A stretch of DNA of 64,000 nt from Rhynchopus sp. YZ270_cl-10 (Eukaryota), in NCBI GenBank assembly GCA_964035575.1, contig OZ037847.1, positions 992,001 through 1,056,000 on the forward strand, in the 5' to 3' direction. Below the pieces are notes generated by a model. That model saw nothing but the letters and a program-made list of their open reading frames with translations, ran no database searches and was not told where the DNA came from. Positions 12,182 to 23,554 of the stretch are shown in pieces (the stretch's first letter is position 1; each line of letters begins with the position of its first letter). The translations under genes and the position numbers were made by a program.

Positions 12182-13041
12182 CAGGGTTGAAAATCCCGGG
12201 CTTCCCCAGCTAGCAAAATTAATTCGAAGCCCGGGTTTGTACCCGGGCTTGGTTTTTTTGTGAAAATAATTAAAATACTGGTGTAAAAAAATTTTCTGCA
12301 AACCCAGGGTTCAAAAGAGAATTCCGCCCACGAGGTGCTGGCTCGGTCAGCCCAAAAAAATAATTTCCCCTACGCAGGGGATATTATAGGTTTTGGGGGT
12401 TTTCGCTGAAACTCGGTCGAGCCGGGTCCCCAACCCAGCTCAAGTTGCCTCCGGCGGAATATGAAAATTCCTCGGTTATCTAATTCAGCACTTCATTGAT
12501 AGCAATTCGTGCACCAGGCGCGAATTGTCAGTCACAGTACATTTATAACAAAGAAAGGGCGGTCATGGCACCCAAAGCGAAGCCACGGTACGCACCATTT
12601 CAAAAAATTGAGCTTAAAATTGCACATTTTTACAGCCAAATTATGTGATGGGAAGGGTGGGTTGCAATCTTGCGCCGCAGGCGCACGGTACGCTACTTTT
12701 ATTATTTCGCCATGATGCATGCTTCCTTTTCCTTCGGCGTTTGACCAATTAAGTCGCGCTCTGGGTGTGGGTAACCCTTGAGTATAGACGTGTGTGTTTT
12801 CTTTACTGATTTTGTTGTTTTCTGTCAACAGAGCTTCGTTTCGGCGACTGACTACCCCGGGCTGCACCCTGAGGCTACACCCCCGGAGTGGGGTGGGGCA
12901 GCCCACCCCAGAAAACTTAAAACCCGGGGATAACCCAGGCTTAAGCCCGGGTAAACCCGGCCTTCGAACCCGGGCTTGCTCTGCGCAAAATTAATTAAGC
13001 CCGGGTTTTCCCGGGCTTACTGCCCAAGATTTTCACCGCTG
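12182..13041. mobile_element. Non-autonomous hAT-type element, 860 bp
   Basis: 8-bp TSD CTTCCACC (12174-12181 and 13042-13049). TIRs CAGGGTTGAAAATC / CAGCGGTGAAAATC. Many subterminal CCCGGG repeats. Confidence 0.9.
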
Positions 13042-15356
13042 CTTCCACCCTCTTCTCCCTTTGTGTGTCAAGCTCTCTCCCTCTCTCTCCCCCTTCTGGT
13101 TTTTTAAAAAAAAACTGTGCAACCTGTGGTACTTTCCCCTCCCAAAAACAACAATAACGCCCTTTTACGCGAGAGGCATTTCTTTAAGTTTTTTTCCCCT
13201 ATCTTTAAATCGCCCTCGCTTTTTTAAAATGATGGATTGAGGGGTTATCTGTGGCTTCATGTGGAGAATATATGAAGATATTTTGTGTTTTTTTCTTCTC
13301 CCCTATCATGATTTTTTTAAAAAGAAAAATCATGCTTATTGGTGTGGCTGAATGGGGAGCGCAAAGTGCAGAAAAGTGTGCAAGAAGTGCGAATCACCCC
13401 CCCTTCAGTCGCACCACATTTTTACTTTGAGAATTGCGTTTCAAAAAAATAAAAATAAATAAAGGAGAGGCACAACAACCTTCCCCGCACATCACACTAA
13501 AAAACCCCCTCTTGGGTTGGGTGGATGTCATTCACAATAGCCCTTCTTTCTATAACAGAGGAGATACCGAATACCGGAGGGGTTTTTCCACCCGGTGCAC
13601 CGGTCAGGTACTACACTGCACAAGAGGGTGTTGTATTTAAAGTAAATTCTTTTTTTTTTGTCAGTGCCTGTATCTCGAAGTCGTTTTGCACTTTCAGCTT
13701 CACATTTTTTTGTGCTTTTTTGCATGGAATGTTTGTTTTCATTGAGTTTGCCTTTGTGGGTACTGTGCAGGGGCACAGATAGAGATGATACGGCCGCGAG
13801 GTTCTTCATCTTTAAGATTTTTTTTTTTTTTTGCTGACCATTTTCTTTTCTATTCGATGTGTGTGACAGCATGGGTTCATTAAACTTCCTGGAATGGAAT
13901 CACACCCTTTCCACAAGGTAGTTTATTTTGTCGAAAAAGCATCAAAACCCCTCGGAGGAGGGGGGGTGACGCACAAACCTCTATTCCCTTTGTATTTCCG
14001 TTGATTTCTCTGCAAAGTGTGTTCAGTGTGTGATCTATTGTCTAGTTTTTGTTTTAAGATGTGTGTTCCCAGACTCATCTTCTAAAATTTTTGTTTTTTT
14101 TTAAGCCATTTTTTTCAGTTTGCTTCAACTTGCCCCCAATTAACTGGGTTTCATTTTTAAAGAAAAACATTTTTTTTTCCCGTTCCGTTAGGAGCGAGTC
14201 TGTGTTCTCTTGAAAATATGTGTGTTTTTTTATTTTGATTTTTATACATTGGTTGGTAATTCGTGTGCTCCTGTGTACAGAGAGTTTACCCCATTTTTCT
14301 TTTTTTTTGTGTTGTAAAGAATTCATCTTAATCATTTTGTGTCACAATGTATGTGATTTTCATGGCTTTCTTTTTCGGAAAAGGTATTCCACATTTCTTT
14401 TTTTTTTTTTTAATTTCCCCTTCGCTTCCCGTTGATCTTGCTTATGTCCTGATTGTTCTTTTCAAACTGTGTACGTGCCTCCCTGGGGTACGTTCATTTT
14501 TTTAAAAAAGTTTTCTCCTTCCCCCTTTAACACCCGGGTCGGGGTAATAGAGAGACTCACCCATCACCGTGTCTTGCTCCCCACCCTCCCTATGTGTACA
14601 GCGTGGCAGTGCATTGCATTTCATTCGAATGTATGTCTGTGTCTGTGTATGTTTTCTTCTTCTTCTTCTTCTTCCACCCCCTCTTCATCCTTCTCCTGTG
14701 AGCGGCCCATTGATCTTTCTAGGTGGTCTGTTTCGTTTCTTCTGCTATTTTTGGTGAAAGAGTGATTTGTGCGCTTAACCTTGCTTATCTGTAGGCAGCC
14801 TTTGTCTGAATGTTGAAAAGGTTGGGAATGTTGAAAAGAGAGGTAAAAATTCTCAAAATAAGTGTAAGGTGGACAACGTGGGTTGCCATTTAGGTAGTTT
14901 TGATGCATAAAAAAGAAACAGAAAGCCTTTGTTTTCGTTGGTAAAAAAAATATTGAAATGCGATCCATTCCCCTCAGGTATAGAAAAAAAGGATTGTTGT
15001 TTTTTTGAAGGTTTTTTTTTTTGAGATCGACGGCTGAGAATTTTTGCGGTCTTTTTTGAGGGAGAGGATGGGGTTTGGTTTGGCCCAATGTAAATGAGTG
15101 ATGCTATCGTCGCTGAATGGTGCTTGACCAAAACCTCTAGAACCTCCAGAGGAGAGAAAAGCAGCAACGATATTATATTTTATTTGATATGCACAGCATT
15201 CATTCCCCCCCCCCCCATGGAGCCGCACCGGATATCCGGTATGTGCATATTTTTTTCCTGTGCTTGCGTCCGCCGATGTCCGGTGAGGGGTTTGCACTTT
15301 CAACTTATTTTCTTTTTCCCCCAGTATTTTTTTGTTTTTGAATCCACCCCCCCGCT

Positions 15357-15915
15357 CAGGGGACATTGGTAGTTTGAGATTTTGAAAAAAAAGCCGGTGT
15401 GAGCCAAAAAAGCCGGTGTGAGGCAATTTTTTTTTCCCCACGCATTTTTGGCAGAGACCTCCACAACTCTTTCCCCTCCGCGCCCTTGTCTAACCATATG
15501 GCATCAAAACTTTTCTGGCGAAGCCACGGTACGCAACATTTCAAAAATTGTGACATAAAATCGCACGCTTTTATAGCCAAACTATGGTAAAGGTAGCTGT
15601 GACTATGGCCTAGGGTAGAGCTGTGGGCTACCGCTCGTCATTTTTAGCTGCGCCGCAGGCGCACGGTACGCTACTTTTTTATGAGAGTTGCAAACATCTA
15701 TTTCTTTTGATTGAACGGACCGATTGGTCTTTGTGGTGGGGTCACATGCACATAAGAAACCGCTACAGATGTGGTTGTAGCCTTGTATGAGGAGATAAAA
15801 TTCAGAAAAAAATTCAAAAATCTGCCTTTTTCTTTTTTTTTTTTTTTTTCTCAAAATCCCACACCGGCTTAGCCGGTGTGGCCACACCGGCACACCGGCA
15901 TACTAATGTCCCCTG
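15357..15915. mobile_element. Non-autonomous hAT-type MITE, 559 bp
   Basis: 8-bp TSD CCCCCGCT (15349-15356 and 15916-15923). TIRs CAGGGGACATTGGTA / CAGGGGACATTAGTA. Subterminal CCGGTGTG/CACACCGG repeats. Confidence 0.92.
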
Positions 15916-16946
15916 CCCCCGCTCCCCCCCTTTTTTCCAACGTCAACCTTACCTTTTAAAAGACTACCATAGTTTGTGTTCAAAGTCAGAGAGCTAGTGG
16001 GGTGGGGGGTTGAGTGAATGGAACCCACCTCACTCCTTTTTTTACAACGGACATGGGTCCGGTATTTTGTGCGCAAAGCCAAGGTCGGGTCTTTTTTACT
16101 TTCAGCTTTCATTTTCTTTTTTTTGGAAGTTGCGACAATGGACAAAAAAAAAAAAATGGACAATAATGGACGAATTATTAGCGACTGTGGTCAACAATAT
16201 GCCCAATCCATCCATCCCTTTTCGTACACAAAGTCTTTCAGGGGTTTCTTGGAGTATTTATCAATTAGTCATCATACCCTCTTGTTATTTCACAAAAAAA
16301 AGAGTGTTGTTTTTAAGTGTTCATATACCAATACATACTCGAGGTTGCATGTTTGCTCAGTGTGATGTGTAAAGGAAGGAATTGAGAGTGTAGCTACTTC
16401 ACGCATTTCCTGTGTTTTTTTTATTAATGTATCAGCAAACTTGTGTTGTTTGAGTGTTGTTATTTTTTATTTTCAAATAATATTTTTTGTTGTTTCTCTT
16501 TCTTTCTTTGTTGTTGTTTTTTTGAAAAGTGTGGAGTGTCGTATTTTTTATTGTGTAAACAACTTTCCAGTCGGCTTGCATTGCACCGACTATCTCACAG
16601 GGGGTGTAGGGAACGGAGATCATCAATTTTTACTCATAAAACGTTGTAATTAGATACGACCTTTTTTTTGAAGTTATTTTGGTGAGGACCCCGTCAGGTC
16701 GCTTTGCTTCCCGCTTCCCGCTTCTATTAATACTCACCCCCTTTTTCCCTAACCTTTTGCTTCTTCCAAATACCATGCTTTTTGTGATTATGAAGATGTC
16801 TCTTTCCTTCATTATCCTGGGTTTTTTTCTTTAGGTGACTAAGCACAGAGATGTTTAGGTTCATCTTACAAAACTTTCCCCCCTATTTTATTCAAAAAAT
16901 ATAGTGGAGTTCATCCTCGGGTGTCTACACTAATACAACCAAGTTT

Positions 16947-16947
<1 letters not shown>

Positions 16948-16979
<32 letters not shown>
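16948..16979 (+). repeat. Poly(A) run of 32 nt following a TAGTG...CACTA hairpin motif
   Basis: Directly visible. Confidence 0.9.
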
Positions 16980-16980
<1 letters not shown>

Positions 16981-19900
16981 GTTCTTTCCCCCGGGCTTTG
17001 CAGCCCTCCATCATGCTTGCCCCCAAAGGAGGGAGCAGGGATACCGGATTGATTCTCACTATCTCACACAAAAAAAAAGAAACAGCAACTTCTCTGCCAT
17101 CTGTAAAAAGCATCATCTTTAATAGGTGTATTGTTGTGTACAGAACTGTTCTTATTTTTGTTCCCGCGGAGTGTCAGTGCCTGCGTCCCAGAGGCGTTTG
17201 CACTATCAACTTCACTATTTTTGTTGTTGTTTTGTTCATTTTTTAGCGATGCCACAAAAAAATGTGAATGCTTTTTTCACAACAGGCCAGAACCCATCTC
17301 ACCCTTCGGGATGATGCAATCCCGAAGGGTTCCCACAATGTATTCCCGTTCGTTTACCATGACAAGTGGAGGAAGTGAATGGGGAAGAGGACGCAGTAAA
17401 CGGTATTCCACGAAACGGAGATGGGGGAAGACGAAGGCGAAGGGTTGTGTGCATACACAGGTCATCTTTGCTGGCTGTGACGGCTTTTTTGTTTTTCTTT
17501 TTTGTTTTTTTTTTTCTCCCCAATTTTTTTTTGGTACGTCAGCATACCTCTCGCTATCTCACCGTGTTTCGTGGGGTTTATTGCCGGAAAAAAAAGGGAA
17601 AAAAATCGTCCAAAAACTTTTTTGGCCAAGTAGAAGGAAATTCGCTGTGGTATTCTAAATTTTTTTGAGAAAAACGGCATATTTAGCGAGAGGTACGTAC
17701 ATCATCCCACCACTCCTTCCCCTACCCATTTCCACAAAAACAATTTGCCTTTTTTTTTTTATATTTTATCCCACCAGTTTTGATTTTTTCACGGTGGTTA
17801 TTTCGCACCTTAGTATTCAAATGACCCCCTCTCCCCTAGTTCACAATACTCCCAACCCAAACCCCTTATTATAAGTTCTGATTCTTGGGATTTTCTTTGC
17901 GACAGTGTCTCTCTTTTTTTTTTTTAAACCTTTCTTTAACGTACGCGAAGTTTCCCCCTCCCAGTTTTCCCCCCCGGGTGAGGAAAGGGAACAAGCCATC
18001 TTTCCTTGAGATAAGGTTATTTTTTTCCCCCCCACTTCGTCGGAAAGCTTCGGAAGCACTTTTATTGCCAATGTATGTGCCCGTTTCTACAAGAGGTGGT
18101 CCGCACGTTTTCAACTTCATTATTAAAAGGTAAAAGCTTCCCTACCACAAGAGTGCTTCCCCTTTACTTTAACCCATGTCAAGGTGACTGAGCACGAGAG
18201 ATTTGGTATCATCTTACTAATTTAACTTTTTTTTTTTGTGGATGCACCTATTCAGTAGGCAAGTACTTTGATTATGGTCTCCATCCCCACACAAATACCA
18301 GCCTCTAGTCAGGTTATTTTTGCGTTCCTCCCCCTTTTCCGAGAATTTCTTTTCCCAGGACATGTGTGACTTTAGTGTCAACTGACAAGAAATAAATAGT
18401 TTTTTTTTCCCCCCCGTCTTCCCACTCGTAGAAAGTCTGAACTACACTTTTTATAAATGGTGCAAATAAAAATACTCTATTTTGTCACAAATAGTACGGT
18501 AACAAACACCCTGTGTTTTCTTTCACAAAAAAAAAAGAACATGAATTTAGGTTCGCTCTCTTTCTCAAGGTGACTAAACACGAGGATAAGGGCAGCTTAT
18601 ACACTTTTTTTTTTTGAAAGATAGCACGAAAGATGGCACACATATCACCAGTTTCCCCCCTTATTTCTCCGACCTTTGTTATTGTGTAGCTCAGATTATT
18701 CTACAAGTGAATTTGTATGGATGGTGAAAGCCTGTCTCGTACGGCAGCAACACTCCAACGGATTATCAAATAAAAGGAAGCAAAATAAAACATATTTGCT
18801 GAACGAACCAGAATGATATGCGCTAAACACACACCACCTTTCCCACGGCTTCTTCAGACGAAGATAGGTCATCTGTTTTGAAGCCAAATAAATCAAGCTG
18901 ACTAAGCACTGTGCGGCTTAGGTTCATCTCACAAACTTTTTTTGTTTTTCAAAGCGATTTTTTTTTTACCAAGCCTTCTGTAGCAAATTTACAAAGGCTT
19001 TGGTTAATACTGAGTGCAGACCCTAAGCCAAGATGGGTGCCTATAGGCGATTGTCGAAAAAAAAAAAAATGCTGTTCCGAGCAACGAAAGTTGAAGCTAT
19101 GCCATTTTATAAGCTCAGCACAAAAAAAAAAAATATAGTGGAGCTCATCCTCCTCGGGTGTCTACACTAAAACGGAAGGAAAAAAGAAAAAACTTTAGTT
19201 GTCGGTTCAATTAGAGTCAATTAGAGTATTATTAGAGTTTTCAAAACTCTAACTGGACTCTAAAACTTAAAACAAAAAAAACGATTGATGAAAACAAAAA
19301 ACATCGCTTCAAAGCAACCCTTCAATCAGTCTACACTAAACCGTAAATAAAGAATATCGTATAAGGTTCGCTACAGAGTGTATGTGGTATAGTGTGCGAT
19401 AGTCCGAGGATGGTTTTTGTTTTTTTTTTTTTTTTTGTCCCGTCAAGCTATTGTTGCGTTTTTCAAAGATGCGTGAGGTACGGACATCTATTAAGTTTTA
19501 AGGGTGATTAAGCACAGAGAGGCTGAGATTTTCATCTTATTAACCATATTTTTTTGAAAGATGTTTGGTTCAGTTTGCGTTTGCAGAGGCGGTAGTGATA
19601 ACACATACAACTTGTTTTTTTTCCCCTCTTGTTTCGAATTTGTGAAGCGTAGCCTTCTTTGAAGTACAATGAGACTTTTGTTCACAAAAAGCTCTTTAAA
19701 GTGATGTGCCTGTTCATTTTTTTTGTAAAAAGCAGCAAAATGAAGTGCTGTTTGTCTAGCCCATTATGTATAGCCTTTCATCCCCCGTTTACACCCTATA
19801 TTGCTTGACGAGGGTGTCAAAGTGAAGGTACCCGAAGCACCCGTTGTGACATCTTTTTTTTTTGCCAACAAACCCGGCGTGTTCCAGCGCGATAACGATT

Positions 19901-20372
19901 AGTAAATATGTTGTGAGCACGAGAGGCACATTCATCTTACAAAGTTCTTTTTTCTCTTTTTTGTTTTGTGAGATATGGTTCCAAACCCTGTTTGGAGAAT
20001 CGGAGACCCTCATTGTGAGGGGGGGTTACTAAAGGTACCGAAAATGTCAACTTAGTTTTTCTCTTTTTTTTCATTGCAGGCTTCTAGGCAGTGCGAAGGC
20101 ACACAGGCAGGCAAATCAAAACAAAAGCGGTTTCAGACAATTTGCATCCTTTCAGCACCGCCTTCGGGCAACAAGGAGTACTGCTGCACTACCTCGGTAG
20201 ATTGACGATGCAACTAACAGCATTTGATATAACATTATCCTTCCCGCGCAAAACTACAACAGCCAACACACACACCTCATGGCTTCAGGAATTGCCCATC
20301 ATTTGTTTTCAAACACGTATCCCACCCCATCCAGGGAAACCCAGCCACTACATTTGTAGGTGTACACGAAAA

Positions 20373-22867
20373 ATGGGGAAGACTGAAGAAGAGGTGTTGG
20401 CGAAGAAGGAGAAGAAGGAGAAAAAAGAGAAGAAGGAGAAGGAGGAGGTTGTAGAGAAAAAGGAGAAGAAGGAAAAGAAGGAGAAAAAAGAAAAGAAGGA
20501 AAAAAAGGAAAAGAAGGAGAAGAAAGAGAAGGAGGAGGAGAAGGAGGAGAAGCCGGACCGTAAGCGCAAACGGGAAGAAAGCGATGACAATGAGGACACA
20601 GCAAAGCCTTCAGAGGAGCAGCCACCGAAGAAGAAGAAGAAGGTGTCCGAGAAGCAGAAGCTGAAGGCGAAGCAGAACCTGCAGTTCCGTCGTGGCTGCA
20701 AGGCGCTGACAAAGTTCCGAGCAGGGCTCTGGGGGGAGGACACCTGGGGCGAGACAGTCTCCTGTGATAGGATGCGTGGTGTGCAGGGCATCATTGCCTC
20801 CTTCAAGAAGTTCTCCCACCGCTACATCTCGCTGTTCCCGGACCAGGTATGGGCCCACCACACATCATATAAGTGCCTGCGTCCGCTGGTGTACAGTGAG
20901 GTGTTTGTACTTTCGACTTCTCTATTTACTTGCCTATATTTTTGGAAATAATTATGCGTCATTACCTTTTTTTTTAACTCGCGGCGAGTGTTTCTGCGTG
21001 GGGTGAGGTGACCTGCGTCTTCTGCACGATGGGAGTGGGTGCGAGTATCTGTGCAACAGCTTGTTTTGTAGTTGCGCTGCTACCGCGTACACATTCGATG
21101 CTATCCGGGTATTTATGAAGCACGCGTCTCAGGGAGCTCCACTTGCACAGGGTGCTCGCCTTCAGGCCAGTGACAAAACGTCACGCAGGTTGTGGAACTT
21201 GAAGAAGTGTCCCTTCTTTCAGTACTGAGCCGGCATGCTCTCCTTCACTGCGCGCTGTGCCTTTTGTCTCCCGCCCCACTGGTCGCTCGCTCAGTATTTT
21301 TAGGGTGAAAAATTCTAAAGCATAATTATGCACAACGAAGTTAGTTTTTTTCTCTAAATATGTTCACTCCATTTACACACCCAGGTCCCGGCACTCCTGA
21401 AAGTGGTTCCCAGCAAATTCGTTGATGGTTTAAGCCCCGAAGACTTCGCGCTGTTCAAAGAGGTGCAGCACCTCTCAGGGGATGTGAAGACGCAGAAAAA
21501 GGTATGGTTTCATCTTGCAACGAAAGCTCAAGTTTTTCCATTTTATTTTTTTGTTGGTTGATTTCGAGAACACTTCGTGATGCTACTGGACCAGACGTTG
21601 ACAATGTTGTGTAGTGCGCGTGACCACCCGTTTGTGTCAAACTTTCTTGCGAAATCATTGGGACTTTTTTTTTTCATTTTTGTTTTTCCAAATCAGCCCA
21701 TTATCGTCAAATTCGCAATTTTCTCAGATTTAGTTGATAAAAAAAATTTCCCCCCCGGGAAAGGCAGGTCAAGTACTGTTCAGGGTTGGTGGTTTCCATT
21801 CCTTTCTCCACTGCATAACTACTTTTCGCACGCGCTTGTATTCGTCAAACTTCGCGAACGCCACCCTGCGATTCTTTAGCCGTATGAAAAAAAAATAAAT
21901 GGCGCCGCAGGCGAAAAAAAATAGGGTACGGTGTAAAAATGCTGGTTTACACCACACAGTCACTCAACAAACCCTTTTTTGCGGAGCAAAAAAGGAAAAT
22001 GGCGCCGCAGGCAAAAAAAATAAGGGGTACGGTACGCAGCAAGCAGAAAAATTTTAAGGTTCCATCATTCCAGTCATCTGGGGGTCGGGCGAGGGGTCCC
22101 CAAAAGTGCCCAAAAATCCCCTCTTTTTTTTTTTTTCCCCTCCCAAAAAAATATTTAGTTGATTTCAACTAAATGCGAACCGCACGATAATCCCCTGTTC
22201 CAAATTACTCCGTCTGCAGAGGCGTTTGCACTATTCAGTTCACGTTGGACAGTGTTGATAAGTATTGCTTTATCTCTTATTCTGTACAGGCAAAGAAGAC
22301 CTTCAAGAAGCGTGTGGTGCAGAACGAGGGGTACGAGAAGCGTCGCGATGACAAGAGGAAGAAGTGGTTCATGAAGTCATCGAGAACGAAGCGTGCGCTC
22401 AAGCAGTTTGCCTACAACAAGGTATCGGATTTTAGCTTTTTTTTTAAATCTCGTTTTCTTAATTTTAGATAAGAGGAGATAACGTGGGCTGATCAATAAT
22501 CAAAATTACTGAGAGGCATCCAAAATTAGCTTCCTATTTGTTATCTTCAAAGTGAAGTACACAAGTCCATCGTAGTGCCATTAGATTAGAGGCAGCGCTG
22601 CGGCAGATTGAAAAAGACAGAAGCGTGCTTGTTTCTTTGAGTACTCAATTAACCACAGGAACCATACTTCAGTTTAACACATTTTTTTTCCACCTTTTTG
22701 TTTTCCGGCTTTGTGCACAAACAAAAGACCCGATCTATGTAAATCTTGAGCTCGCTCATTGATTCCTGCATTACCAACTCTCTCATTTTTCTTTTATTGA
22801 TCTCCTCAGTACTCTTTATTGCCAAATCCCCCATTTTTCACAGATGGTCTCCCGGAAGTCGGCATAA
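20373..22867 (+). CDS. Hypothetical Lys/Glu-rich basic protein, possibly nucleolar; exons 20373-20846, 21385-21501, 22290-22421, 22844-22867
   Basis: (KEK)n N-terminus and NLS-like KKKKK. Three phase-0 GT-AG introns join in frame; the protein ends in MVSRKSA*. Confidence 0.75.
21694..22197. mobile_element. Non-autonomous hAT-type MITE, 504 bp, in intron 2 of the Lys-rich gene
   Basis: 8-bp TSD TTCCAAAT (21686-21693 and 22198-22205). Imperfect TIRs CAGCCCATTATCGT / CAGGGGATTATCGT. Confidence 0.85.
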
Positions 22868-23554
22868 AAAGGGAATCGCGATTCGGTACGAAGTCAGTGG
22901 GGTTGGGGGTGGACATGATGCAATTAAACTATTTTCACTTCTTCTTTGGCAACTTGGGCAGTTTCTTTTTGGCTTACAGTGGTTAAAGAACTGTCCCGCC
23001 CAAAGAAAAGGCGGGAATGAAATCGATGGCAGAATTTACTTTAGGCGTTTCTTGAGGCGGAATTTTCTTTGATCACTGTTTTCCATGACTTATTAGAAGT
23101 CCCTTGTCTCTTTCAAGGTGACTAAACATGAATGCTGAGGTTCATCTCACAAGGTTTTTGTTTTGTCAGTGCTTGTGCCCCAGAGGCTTTTGCACGCTAA
23201 ACTGCACTTTGTTTTTGCAGAGCAGCCTTGCCAAGGGAAGCTCCCCTGTGGGCAAGAGGTTTTGGTTATGAATTTGTGTTCCGTCGAACGAACTTTTTGA
23301 AATTTATTTGCGTGTTTTTTTGTGTGTTTTTGAAGTATCAGGATGGGAGGGGTGGTGATGACTACCCCATGCCTCGCCTGCCCATAGTTTTGTGTGATCA
23401 TCGTAGCGATCAGATCATTTAAAAGAAAAGGTGACCCCTCCTTTCGCTTATGTTTGTCCTTATTGAGGTGTTTGAACTTCAATTTTTTTTGAGTTATAAA
23501 ACAGCCACCTAACAGGCCACAGGAGGTGGACACGTGGTGGTGGGGGTAGGTGAT

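Larger units (their letters stand above)
13559..17460 (+). other. Putative spliced micro-exon transcript; exons 13559-13607, 13870-13917, 14602-14630, 15197-15238, 16601-16645 and 17286 onward
   Basis: Each block follows ACAG, and the first five end at GTA-type donors. The joined exons keep a reading frame open. No homology recognised; coding status uncertain. Confidence 0.4.

Noticed and set aside
17312..17362. Two in-frame TGA codons near a hairpin as selenocysteine or readthrough
   Set aside because: No SECIS-like element or selenoprotein similarity seen; TGA is an ordinary stop in neighbouring genes.
16833..19545. Clustered class A hairpins as a CRISPR-like array or rho-independent terminators
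   Set aside because: Spacing is irregular, copies are degenerate and dispersed in introns, and the genome is eukaryotic.
20091..20372. Upstream extensions of ORF-track calls (also 5543, 30907, 39703, 41987)
   Set aside because: They run through pyrimidine/CA-rich acceptor regions; the downstream ATGs after the AG are more plausible starts.
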